A DNA stretch of 28,751 nucleotides from Candidatus Methylomirabilia bacterium (GTDB taxonomy: Bacteria; Methylomirabilota; Methylomirabilia; Rokubacteriales; CSP1-6): positions 1 through 28,751 of the forward strand of contig JBGQHJ010000052.1 of assembly GCA_041497895.1 (NCBI GenBank). Direction: 5' to 3'. Every line of letters begins with the position of its first letter. The stretch's first letter is position 1. The position numbers were made by a program, and so were the translations under genes. Under the pieces are notes generated by a model. It was not told the origin of the DNA. It was given only the letters and a program-made list of their open reading frames with translations, and searched no databases. Shown here in pieces: positions 9,563 through 18,175 of the stretch.

Positions 9563-11053
9563 ATGCGGGTCTTCGCCTCCGCGGTGGCCCTGCTCGCGGC
9601 CCTCCTGCCGACCGGTGCGGCCGCGGAGGGCGTCATCCGCGTGGGCTCCAAGTCGTTCACCGAGAGTTACATCCTGGCCGAGGTGGTCGCCCAGGTGATC
9701 GAGCAGGCGGGCGAGGCGCGCGCGGAGCGCCGCGTGGGCCTGGGCGGCACCGGCCTCACCCAGCGCGCGCTGGAGTCCGGGGCCATCGACGTCTATCCCG
9801 AGTACACCGGCACGCTAGCCCGCGTCATCCTGAAGGATCCGGCGCTCCTCACCGTCGAGGCGCTCCGGGCCCGGCTCGAGCCGATGGGCCTCACGATCAG
9901 CGCCTCGCTCGGCTTCGCCAACACCTACGCCCTCGCGGTGCGGGCCGACCAGGCCGAGCGCCTCGGACTCCGGACCGTCGGCGACCTCGCGCGCCACCCG
10001 GAGCTGCGCGCCGCCTTCAGCTCCGGATTTCTCGAGCGCGACGACGGCTGGCCGGGCCTGCGCGCCCGCTACGGCCTCGGGCTGGCCCGGGTGGAGGTGA
10101 TGGAGCACGCGGTCACCTATCGCGCGATCGCGAGCGGCCAGGTCGACGTCATGGACGTGTTCTCCACCGACGGCCAGCTCGAGCGGCTGCGCCTGCGCCT
10201 GCTCGAGGACGACCGGCGCTTCTTCCCGGACTACTCGGCGGTACTTCTGGCGCGCCGCGAGCTGACCGAGCGGTTCCCCCGCACCTGGGCGCGGCTGCGG
10301 GAGGCGCTCGAGGGCCGGCTCGACGCGGCCCGCATGGCCCGCCTGAACGCCATGGCCGATCTCGACGGTCGCTCGGTGCCCGAGGTGGCCGCCGCGTTCC
10401 TCCGCGGCGGCGCACCGGAAGGCGGCGGCGGCCGCGGGCGCGCGCTGCTGGGCGAGCTGGCCGCGCTGACCGCCGATCACCTGCTGCTGGTGCTGATCTC
10501 GGTGGGCGCGGCGGTGGTGCTCGGCATCCCGATGGGCGTGCTCGCGGCGCGCTACCGCCGCGCCGGGCAGCTCGAGCTCTCGGTCATCGCGATGCTCCAG
10601 ACCGTTCCCGCCCTCGCGCTGCTGATGTTCATGATCCCGCTCTTCGGCATCGGCAAGGGCCCCGCGCTGGTCGCGCTGTCGCTCTACGCGCTCCTGCCCA
10701 TCGCGCGCAACACCTACGCGGGGATGATGGCGATCGAGCCCACCCTGCTGGAGATCGCCTGGGTGCTGCGCCTGGGCCGCGTGCGCCGGCTGCTGCGCGT
10801 GGAGCTGCCGCTCTCCGCCATCGCGATCATGGCCGGCGTGAAGACCGCCGCGGTGACCACGGTGGGCACCGCCACCCTGGCCGCGTTCATCGGCGGCGGC
10901 GGCTACGGCACCCTGATCGTGCGCGGCCTCGCCCTCGACGATACCGCCACCATCCTCGCCGGGGCGGCGCCCGCCGCGCTCATGGCGCTGGCCTTCCACG
11001 CCCTGTTCGAGCTGCTCGATCGCGCGGTGATCCCGCGGGGGCTGCGCTCGTGA
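9563..11053 (+). CDS. Fused substrate-binding/permease subunit, betaine/ergothioneine (OpuBC/EgtU-like) ABC transporter
   Basis: N-terminal GSKSFTE, YPEYTGT, GFANTYAL, FSTDG and FFPDY (OpuAC-type binding domain). C-terminal transmembrane domain with QTVPALAL, VELPL and GGGGYG. Confidence 0.9.
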   Translation: MRVFASAVALLAALLPTGAAAEGVIRVGSKSFTESYILAEVVAQVIEQAGEARAERRVGLGGTGLTQRALESGAIDVYPEYTGTLARVILKDPALLTVEALRARLEPMGLTISASLGFANTYALAVRADQAERLGLRTVGDLARHPELRAAFSSGFLERDDGWPGLRARYGLGLARVEVMEHAVTYRAIASGQVDVMDVFSTDGQLERLRLRLLEDDRRFFPDYSAVLLARRELTERFPRTWARLREALEGRLDAARMARLNAMADLDGRSVPEVAAAFLRGGAPEGGGGRGRALLGELAALTADHLLLVLISVGAAVVLGIPMGVLAARYRRAGQLELSVIAMLQTVPALALLMFMIPLFGIGKGPALVALSLYALLPIARNTYAGMMAIEPTLLEIAWVLRLGRVRRLLRVELPLSAIAIMAGVKTAAVTTVGTATLAAFIGGGGYGTLIVRGLALDDTATILAGAAPAALMALAFHALFELLDRAVIPRGLRS

Positions 11054-11837
11054 GGATCGGCGCGGGCTCGAGCAGGGCGTTGAGGCGCCGGCAGAGCGCG
11101 AGGACGTCGGCGTGGCGGGCCGGGAACCACGCGCGGATCCACTCCGGGCGGTCGAAGAAGGCGAGCGGGGGCCGGCCCGGCCGGCGAATGGCCACGCGCC
11201 GGACGAGGCCGCTCGCGTTGATGAAGCTCACCTCGTGGAGCCGGCAGCCCGGCGCGGCGACCCCGACGGTGATCGGGCAGAGCGCGGCGACCGCCGCGAT
11301 GGACTCGGCGACCCCGCGCAGGCAGAAGGCGTGGGAGCGCGCCCGCCGCGGCCCGTCGAGCGCCGCGAGCAGGCCGGTCATGGTGAGACCCGAGAAGACG
11401 GTGTCGTCGACCAGCGCGAGCGACGCGCAGTCGCGCGTGGCCTCGAGCTGCGCGTCGAGACTCGGCGGCCCGGTGCCGACCAGGCGATAGCCGCCCGCGC
11501 CGTCCTCCTCGCGGGTGAGCCCCACCCGCTGGACGCGCGGAAACCACCCGGTGCGCGCGTGCAGGGTCCGCGCCACCCGCTCCCCCGCGCCACCGATGCC
11601 GAGGGTCAGCTCGAAGGGCGCGTGGGGGCCCTGGGCCGCGACCCGCTCCACCTGCTCGGCGAGCGTGAGCACGCGCACCCGCTCGCGGTCGGCCGCGAGG
11701 AGCGCGAGCAGCTCCCGCGCGAGCGCGGCGGCCGGCGAGGCGGCGCCCTCGGCGGCCGCGACCTCGTCGCTCAGGTCGTCGTGGACGTAGAGGGTCTGCG
11801 GCGTCGGCTGCGCGTACGCGCCGCCGTCCTCCGCCAT
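10980..11837 (-). CDS. Hypothetical protein with type I phosphoribosyltransferase-like motifs
   Basis: LALVDDTVFSGLTM resembles the PRPP-binding loop and LGIGGAG resembles the PPi loop. ATG overlaps the egtD stop (TGATG). Confidence 0.72.
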   Translation of the reverse strand: MAEDGGAYAQPTPQTLYVHDDLSDEVAAAEGAASPAAALARELLALLAADRERVRVLTLAEQVERVAAQGPHAPFELTLGIGGAGERVARTLHARTGWFPRVQRVGLTREEDGAGGYRLVGTGPPSLDAQLEATRDCASLALVDDTVFSGLTMTGLLAALDGPRRARSHAFCLRGVAESIAAVAALCPITVGVAAPGCRLHEVSFINASGLVRRVAIRRPGRPPLAFFDRPEWIRAWFPARHADVLALCRRLNALLEPAPILTSAAPAGSPRDRAARTGRGRPAP

Positions 11838-12811
11838 CAGGCCGGCCGGATCAGGGCGAGGGCGAAGTAGTTGGCGGGATCGACGTGCCAGCGGGCGAGC
11901 CGCAGGCCCGCGTCGTCCAGCATGGCCTCGACGCCGGCGCGGGTGAACTTGTACGAGCTCTCGGTCCAGATGCCCTCGCCGGGCCGGAAGCGGACGGTGA
12001 GGCCCAGGCGGCGGAGCCGCACCGTCTGCGCGGAGTCGGCGACCAGGTGCATCTCGATGCGCGAGGCCGCGTCGTTGTAGAAGGCGCGGTGCCGGAAGGC
12101 CTCCGGGTCGAAGTCGCCGTCCACCCCGTGGTTGATCACCCGGAGGATGTTGCGATTGAAGTCGCGGGTCACTCCCGCCGAGTCGTCGTAGGCCGCCTCG
12201 AGAATCTTCACGTCCTTCACGAGGTCGACGCCGAGGAGCAGCCGGTCGCCCGCGTCGGGCAGGAGGGACCGGAGGTCGGCCAGCAGGCGCCGCTGCGCCG
12301 AAGCGTCCAGATTGCCGATGGTGCTGCCGAGGAACATCGCCAGGCGCCGCCCGGCGGGCGCGGGCACGTGGGAGAGATCGCGCTCGAAGTCGCCGACCAC
12401 CGCGTGCACGCTCAGGCCGGGATAGTCGCCGAGGAGCCGGGCCGCGCTCGCCTCGAGGGTGAGGCGGTCCACGTCCAGGGGCACGTACCGCACCAGCCGC
12501 CCGCCCGCGCTCACCGCGTCGAGGACCCGGCGCGTTTTTTCCGACGAGCCGGAGCCGATCTCGACGATGTCATCGGGAAGAAACTCCCCGACGAGGCCGG
12601 GCAGAATTTCCTCCAGCAGCGCGGACTCGGTGCGGGTCGGGTAGTATTCCGGCAGCTCGGTGATGCGCTCGAAGAGCAGCGACCCGGCCCGATCGTAAAA
12701 GTACTTCGGGGGCAGGGACTTCGGCCGCGCGGTCAGCCCCCGCCGCACGTCCTCGTCGAGGCGCTGCTCTCGGGCCCGCTCGTCCGTGTGCACGTCGATC
12801 CGATAGCGCAT
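11837..12811 (-). CDS. egtD: L-histidine N-alpha-trimethyltransferase
   Basis: KSLPPKYFYD-GS-LFE-IT-LPEYYPTRTE, EIGSGSSEKT, FLGSTIGN, AAYDD-GVT-FN-NIL and TESSYKF. Start trimmed to ATG 12811 (CAGGAG RBS). Confidence 0.92.
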   Translation of the reverse strand: MRYRIDVHTDERAREQRLDEDVRRGLTARPKSLPPKYFYDRAGSLLFERITELPEYYPTRTESALLEEILPGLVGEFLPDDIVEIGSGSSEKTRRVLDAVSAGGRLVRYVPLDVDRLTLEASAARLLGDYPGLSVHAVVGDFERDLSHVPAPAGRRLAMFLGSTIGNLDASAQRRLLADLRSLLPDAGDRLLLGVDLVKDVKILEAAYDDSAGVTRDFNRNILRVINHGVDGDFDPEAFRHRAFYNDAASRIEMHLVADSAQTVRLRRLGLTVRFRPGEGIWTESSYKFTRAGVEAMLDDAGLRLARWHVDPANYFALALIRPA

Positions 12812-12893
12812 GGCACGCTCCTGCTGCAAGCTAGACGCCACTCGGGCAGTATGCAAGCGGTAGTCAAAACACGCTGGAGGGAGGGGGGAGTCA

Positions 12894-14225
12894 ATGGTCG
12901 AGACCATGACCGACCGGCTGACGGATGCCTGGGCCCGCACGGACCGCATCTTCGAGATCCTCGCGCCCGGCGGCTGGCTATCCCAGCCGATCGCGCTCCG
13001 GCACCCGTTCATCTTCTATCTCGGCCACTTGCCCGCCTTCGCGTGGAACCACGTGGGCGGGGAGCTGCTCGGCCGGCCCGCGTTCAACCCTGGGTTCGAC
13101 GAGCTCTTCTCGCGGGGCATCGATCCCGACGTGGACGACCCCACCCACTGCCACGATCACCCGGAGGTGCCGACCACCTGGCCGGCGGTGCCGGAGGTGC
13201 TCGCCTATCGCGACCGGGTCCGCGCGGCGCTGCTCGACGCGGGCGCCGCGGTGGCCGATCGCGCGTCCACCCACCTGATGGCGCGCGAGGGCCGCGTCTT
13301 CGCGATGGTCGCCGAGCACGAGCTGATGCATCAGGAGACGCTGCTCTACATGATGCAGCGCCTGCCGATCGGGCAGAAGGTGCGGCCGGGCTGGGTGCCG
13401 CCGCTCGTGCTCGGCCCCGGGCGTCCCGCCGGCAAGATCGCGGTCCCGGCCGGTCCCGCCACGCTGGGCGCGCGCTTCGACGAGCTCTCCTTCGGCTGGG
13501 ACAACGAGTTCTCCGCGGTCGAGGTCGCGGTGCCCGCCTTCAGCATCGACTCCACCCCGGTGACCAACGCACAGTACCTCGCCTTCGTCGAGGACGGCGG
13601 CTACCGGCGCCCCGAGCTGTGGAGCGACGAGGATCGGGTGTGGCTGGGCCACGCCGCCATGGAGTATCCGGTGGTATGGGAGCTCACGGACGGGCGCTGG
13701 ACCTATCGCACCCTCTTCGAGCGCGTGCCGCTCGACGCGGTGGCGGACTGGCCGGTCTACGTGAGCCTCGCGGAGGCGCGCGCCTTCGCGCGCTGGCGGG
13801 GCGAGCGGCTGCCCACCGAGGGCGAGTTCCAGCGCGCCGCCTTCGGCCGGCCCGACGGCGGCCCACGCCGCTGGCCGTGGGGAGACACCCCGCCCACCGA
13901 ACGGCACGGGAACTTCGGCTACCGCCACTGGGCGCCGACGCCGGTGGGCACGCACCCCGAGGGTGCGAGCGCGTGGGGCGTGCAGGATCTCGTCGGCGAC
14001 GGCTGGGAGTGGACCAACACCGTGTTCGCGGGCCTGCCCGGCTTCACGGCCTACATCCCGGGCTACGCCGGCTACTCGGCCGACTTCTTCGACGGCAAGC
14101 ACTACGTGCTGAAGGGGGGCTCGTGGGCGACCCCCGACGATCTCGTGCGCCCGAGCTTCCGCAACTGGTTCCAGGCCCACTATCCGTACGTGTTCTCCAC
14201 CTTCCGCTGCGTCGTGGATCGATGA
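12894..14225 (+). CDS. egtB: Non-heme iron sulfoxide synthase, EgtB/Egt1 family (DinB_2 + FGE-sulfatase domains)
   Basis: Iron ligands in FYLGH and HELMHQE; RLPTEGE, GDGWEWT and YAGYSADFFDGKHYVLKGGSW. Divergent from egtD. Confidence 0.85.
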   Translation: MVETMTDRLTDAWARTDRIFEILAPGGWLSQPIALRHPFIFYLGHLPAFAWNHVGGELLGRPAFNPGFDELFSRGIDPDVDDPTHCHDHPEVPTTWPAVPEVLAYRDRVRAALLDAGAAVADRASTHLMAREGRVFAMVAEHELMHQETLLYMMQRLPIGQKVRPGWVPPLVLGPGRPAGKIAVPAGPATLGARFDELSFGWDNEFSAVEVAVPAFSIDSTPVTNAQYLAFVEDGGYRRPELWSDEDRVWLGHAAMEYPVVWELTDGRWTYRTLFERVPLDAVADWPVYVSLAEARAFARWRGERLPTEGEFQRAAFGRPDGGPRRWPWGDTPPTERHGNFGYRHWAPTPVGTHPEGASAWGVQDLVGDGWEWTNTVFAGLPGFTAYIPGYAGYSADFFDGKHYVLKGGSWATPDDLVRPSFRNWFQAHYPYVFSTFRCVVDR

Positions 14226-14250
14226 GACCGTCCCGGTCAGGAGGATCTTC

Positions 14251-14601
14251 GTGAAGCGCTCCTCGATTACCCTGCTGCTCGTGCTCGCCGCCGCCGCCGC
14301 GCCGGTGTCCGGCGCGTCCGCCGCCGACAACTATTTCATGGGCCACTCGGTGTACGGATACTCGGGCTACAGCCCGGGCGGCTCGCTCTACATCAATGCG
14401 CTGCCGTTCGACGCGGAGGTGCGCCTCGACGGGGTACTGCTCGGGCAGGCCAACGATCTGCAGGCTTCGCTGGTCGAGGCGCACGCCGGCGGGCACACCC
14501 TGACCTTCCAGGCGCCGGGCTACGAGCCGGCCAGCGTGCTGGTGCGGGTGATCCGCGACTGGACCACTCGAGTCAGGCTCACCCTGATCCCGGCACGCTA
14601 G
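14251..14601 (+). CDS. Secreted PEGA-domain-like protein
   Basis: Signal peptide MKRSSITLLLVLAAAAAP; P-DAEVRLDG-LLG...G-HTL-F-APGY pattern. AGGAGGA RBS. Confidence 0.75.
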   Translation: MKRSSITLLLVLAAAAAPVSGASAADNYFMGHSVYGYSGYSPGGSLYINALPFDAEVRLDGVLLGQANDLQASLVEAHAGGHTLTFQAPGYEPASVLVRVIRDWTTRVRLTLIPAR

Positions 14602-14727
14602 CGGGCTGCTGAAAAAGGCCCATCTGCTTCGTTGGCGCCCTCGGCTACCCGCTCAACGTACAGGGAGTACGCCTCGCGGGTAGCCGTCGGGCGCCGCCTC
14701 GCAGCTGGACCTTTTTGAGCAGCCCGC
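14601..14727. mobile_element. 127-bp palindromic MITE-like element
   Basis: Imperfect terminal inverted repeats GCGGGCTGCTGAAAAAGG / CCTTTTTGAGCAGCCCGC with nested internal stems (GGCGCCC, CGGCTACCCGC/GCGGGTAGCCG, CGTAC/GTACG). Confidence 0.72.
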
Positions 14728-14761
14728 CGGTAGCTCCGGGCGGGGCCCGGCGAGGCTCCCG

Positions 14762-16972
14762 CTAGCGGGCGGGCTCGATCTCCACGAAGCAGGAGTTGAA
14801 GGGCGTGGCCCCGGCGGGCGAGGAGAGGTCCGGGGTCAGGAGATTCGAGCAGCCGCGCGTGTCCTGACCGTGCTCGTCGAGGGCGAACCACGCGCCCTCC
14901 TTGATCGAGACCACCCCCGGGGCCACCCGGTCGGTGACCCGCGCCGGGATCAGGGTGCGCCCGCGGTCGTTGAAGACCGCGACGCGCTGGCCGTCCGCGA
15001 TGCCGCGGGCCGCCGCATCCGCCGGGTGCATCCACACGTCGTCGCGGTCGGCGCGGGCCAGCACCGCCTGGTTGTCGTGGATCGAGTGGGTGCGCGCGCG
15101 TGACTTGGGGGTGACCAGCCGCAGCGGGTGGCGCACGTCGATCGGCTCCGGGATCCAGGTCGGGATCGGCGGGATGGCGCCGAGGCCGTAGGGATCGGGC
15201 CGGGCCGCGATGGCCATCGAGTAGATCTCGATCTTGCCGGACGGGGTGCTGAAGGGGTGGCGCTCGGGCTCTCGGATCTCGCGCGCGAAGGCCACCGCGT
15301 CGTCCGGGGCGGGCAGGCGGGCGAGGCCCCGGGCCCGGAAGGTCTCGTAGTCGTCGATGGTCTGCTTCGTCAGCTCGCGTAGCCACTCGTCTTCCGTCTT
15401 GTCGTTGTAGCCCACGATGCCGAGACGCTCGGCCAGCGCGGCGCAGATGTCGAGGTCGTTGCGGCACTCGCCCACCGGGGCGATCGCCTGCTGCATGAAG
15501 ATCGCGTAGTGGCCGGCCCCCGCCCACGGGGTGTGGACGTCGTTGCGCTCCCAGAACGTCGTCGCGGGCAGCACGATGTCGGCGTAGCGCGCGGTGGGCG
15601 TCACGAAGTGGTCCTGGACCACCACGAAGTCGAGCCGCTCCACGCCCGCGATGATGCGCCGCACGTTGGGGAGCTGGTTGAAGAGATCGCCCGCGCACGA
15701 GTAGATCATCTTCACGTCGGCCGGGTAGCCGCCCGCTCGCCCACGCTCGAGCAGATCCGCGAGCAGCGGCGAGGAGACCCGCGCGGCGACCGGGTTCTCG
15801 CCGGTGGGCAGGCCCTGGATCCCGCCGCGCCCGGTGGCCCCGTTGCTGGTGCCCGCGTTGCCGCCCGGGATGCCCACGTTGCCGGTCATCGCGCAGAGGG
15901 CGTAGGCCGCGCGATGGAACTGCTCGCCGTGGAGCGTGCGACCGGGCGCGTAGCCGGTCTGGAGCGCGGCCGGCTTGCTCGTGGCGTACTCCCGGGCGAG
16001 TGCGCGCAGGGTCTCGGCCGGCACCCCGGTGATGGCGGCGGCCCACTCCGGCGTCTTCGGCACGCCGTCGACTAGGCCGAGGAGGTACGCGCGGTACGAC
16101 GCCCCCGCCGGCGCGCCCGCGGGCAGGTGCGCCTCGTCGAAGCCCAGCACGTGGCGGTCGAGGTAGGCCTGATCGTGCAGGCCCTCGGTCACGATCACGT
16201 AGGCCATCGCGACCAGGGCCGCGGTGTCGGTCGAGGGCCGGATGAAGACGTGCTGGTCGGCCAGCTCCCACGAGGTGCGGGTGCGCCGCGGGTCCACGCA
16301 GATGATCTTGACCCCGCGCTGCTTGGCGAGCTTCAGGTACTGGAGCGTGCCGGTGCCGAACGTGCCGTCGGCCGGACTCCAGCCCCACATCAGGATCAGC
16401 CGCGAGTTGACGTAGTCGGTGGGCTCGCGGCCCGCGCTCTTGTAGTCGGCCTTGGCCCCGTAGGTCTGGCGGACCGCGTAGACCTCGGCCTCGGCCGAGA
16501 TGTTGGTCCAGAGATCGGTGCAGCCGCCGAACATGTAGAGCAGGCGCTTGACGGTGGAGCGGCTGTGCAGCATCGAGAGGCTGCCGGTCCGCGAGCAGTC
16601 GAGGATGGCGGCCGGGCCGTGCGCGTCGCGGATGCGCCGCATCTGGCCGGCCACCTCGTCGAGGGCCTCGTCCCAGCCGATGCGCTCGAACTGCCCGGCG
16701 CCGCGCGGGCCGACCCGGCGCAACGGGTGGACGACGCGGTCGGGATGGTTCAGGCGCTCGAGCTGGCCGAATCCGCGCACGCAGGCGTGGAGCGGCGCCA
16801 CCTCCGGGGTCCACTTCCGCGGATCCGTGCTGATGCGCACGATGCGCCCGTCGCGCACGTGGGCGTTGACCACGCAGCGGCCGCCGCAGTTGTGGCCGCA
16901 GGTGCTGGTCACCACGGTCTCGCCGGGGGCGGCCGGAGGACGGGGGGCTTCGTAGATGATCGGGCGGGCCAT
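14762..16972 (-). CDS. Molybdopterin-dependent oxidoreductase, DMSO reductase family (DmsA-like, no Tat signal)
   Basis: CGHNCGGRC...C Fe-S motif, GPRGAGQFERIGWDEAL, TARYADIVLPATT, TPSGKIEI and a C-terminal molybdopterin-binding domain. Confidence 0.92.
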   Translation of the reverse strand: MARPIIYEAPRPPAAPGETVVTSTCGHNCGGRCVVNAHVRDGRIVRISTDPRKWTPEVAPLHACVRGFGQLERLNHPDRVVHPLRRVGPRGAGQFERIGWDEALDEVAGQMRRIRDAHGPAAILDCSRTGSLSMLHSRSTVKRLLYMFGGCTDLWTNISAEAEVYAVRQTYGAKADYKSAGREPTDYVNSRLILMWGWSPADGTFGTGTLQYLKLAKQRGVKIICVDPRRTRTSWELADQHVFIRPSTDTAALVAMAYVIVTEGLHDQAYLDRHVLGFDEAHLPAGAPAGASYRAYLLGLVDGVPKTPEWAAAITGVPAETLRALAREYATSKPAALQTGYAPGRTLHGEQFHRAAYALCAMTGNVGIPGGNAGTSNGATGRGGIQGLPTGENPVAARVSSPLLADLLERGRAGGYPADVKMIYSCAGDLFNQLPNVRRIIAGVERLDFVVVQDHFVTPTARYADIVLPATTFWERNDVHTPWAGAGHYAIFMQQAIAPVGECRNDLDICAALAERLGIVGYNDKTEDEWLRELTKQTIDDYETFRARGLARLPAPDDAVAFAREIREPERHPFSTPSGKIEIYSMAIAARPDPYGLGAIPPIPTWIPEPIDVRHPLRLVTPKSRARTHSIHDNQAVLARADRDDVWMHPADAAARGIADGQRVAVFNDRGRTLIPARVTDRVAPGVVSIKEGAWFALDEHGQDTRGCSNLLTPDLSSPAGATPFNSCFVEIEPAR

Positions 16973-17041
16973 GGGTCTGCCCGAAACTCTACCACCTCGG
17001 CCGGGTTCCGGGTAGGCGGGCGGGTGCTAGACTGCGGCGTC

Positions 17042-18154
17042 ATGGCGCGGCGGATCGTGATCGTGGGCGGCGGGCTGATGGGGCTGAGCGCGGCCTTCCA
17101 CCTGTGCCGCGCGGATCCGACCGCGAGAGTCACCGTGCTCGAGCGCGAGCGCGTGGGCGCGGCGGCCTCGGGGGCGAGCGCGGCGGGCGTGCGGGTGATG
17201 GGCCGCGACCCCGCCGAGCGCACGCTGGCGCTGGCGAGCCTCGCCCGCTGGCCCGATCTGGATCGCGAGCTGGAGGCGCCCACCGGCTACCGGCGCGGGG
17301 GCGGGCTCCGGCTCGCGCTCGACGAGGCCTCGTGGCGCGCGGCGCCGGCCTGGGTGGCCGAGCAGCAGGCCGGCGGGGTGCCGGTGGAGCTGGTGGATGC
17401 GGCCGCGGCGCGCCGTCTCGCGCCCGGCATCGCGCCGGCCTGCCGGGGCGGCGTGCACTGCGCGATGGACGGGCAGGCGGACGCGATGGCCACGGTGCGC
17501 GCCTTCGCGACCGCGGCGCGGCGCCTGGGCGCGCGCGTGGAGGAAGGCGCGGGGGCGCGGGCGCTCGTGGTGGCGCGGGGGCGGCTGACCGCGGTGGAGG
17601 TCGACGACGGCCGCCGCCTGGACTGCGACGCGGCCATCGTGGCCGCGGGCGCGTGGACCGGCGCGCTGCTCGCGGCGGTGGGCGTGCGCCTGCCCATCGG
17701 GACGCGCCCGCTCCAGATGCTGCTCACCGAGCCCGTGCCCGCGGGGCTCGCTCCGGTGCTGGGCGCCTTCGACCACCGGCTGAGCCTGAAGCAGCTCGAC
17801 GACGGGGCGTACCTGATCGGTGGGGGCTGGCCCGCGCGCGTGACCGACCACGCGGGCAATCGCTACGAGCTGCTGGACGAGAGCGTGAAGGCGAGCCTCG
17901 AGACCGCGCGGACCGTCTACCCGCCGCTCGTCGGATGTGCGCTGGCCCGCGGCTGGGCCGGCCTCGAAGCCTTCACCCCCGAGGACCTGCCGATGATCGG
18001 TCCCGTCCCCGGCATCGAGGGCCTCGCCGCCGCCACCGGCTTCAGCGGCCACGGCTTCGCCCTGAGCCCGATTATCGGCGACGTGCTGGCGAAGCTCACC
18101 CTCGGCGGCGAAACGAAGGTGGGGTCAGGTCTTACAATCCGACAAATGTCGTAA
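17042..18154 (+). CDS. FAD-dependent oxidoreductase (DAO/glycine oxidase/SoxB-like)
   Basis: IVIVGGGLMG, ASGASAAG, WAGL and GFSGHGF. Start at ATG 17042, 8 nt after TGC-TAGACT. Confidence 0.9.
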   Translation: MARRIVIVGGGLMGLSAAFHLCRADPTARVTVLERERVGAAASGASAAGVRVMGRDPAERTLALASLARWPDLDRELEAPTGYRRGGGLRLALDEASWRAAPAWVAEQQAGGVPVELVDAAAARRLAPGIAPACRGGVHCAMDGQADAMATVRAFATAARRLGARVEEGAGARALVVARGRLTAVEVDDGRRLDCDAAIVAAGAWTGALLAAVGVRLPIGTRPLQMLLTEPVPAGLAPVLGAFDHRLSLKQLDDGAYLIGGGWPARVTDHAGNRYELLDESVKASLETARTVYPPLVGCALARGWAGLEAFTPEDLPMIGPVPGIEGLAAATGFSGHGFALSPIIGDVLAKLTLGGETKVGSGLTIRQMS

Positions 18155-18171
18155 TGTAAGACCTGACCCCA
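18120..18171. repeat. REP-like palindrome with 17-bp perfect arms
   Basis: TGGGGTCAGGTCTTACA (18120-18136) / TGTAAGACCTGACCCCA (18155-18171), with an inner CGACA/TGTCG stem. Confidence 0.8.
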
Positions 18172-18175
18172 GGAC

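Noticed and set aside
10980..14225. Selenoneine (senABC) or ovothiol (ovoA) cluster
   Set aside because: There is no SenB glycosyltransferase or SelD, and the synthase has no C-terminal methyltransferase.
11885..14254. Long alternative-frame and antisense ORFs (e.g. 789, 862, 766 and 649 aa) throughout the window
   Set aside because: They are Arg/Gly/Pro-rich shadows of real genes, expected in high-GC DNA, and carry no family motifs.
14762..16972. Metallopterin-dependent ergothioneine synthase
   Set aside because: There is no fused or adjacent cysteine desulfurase, and the sequence looks DmsA-like.
16127..17041. N-terminal extension of the FAD oxidoreductase ORF
   Set aside because: It is antisense to the molybdoenzyme; the Rossmann motif and promoter place the start at 17042.
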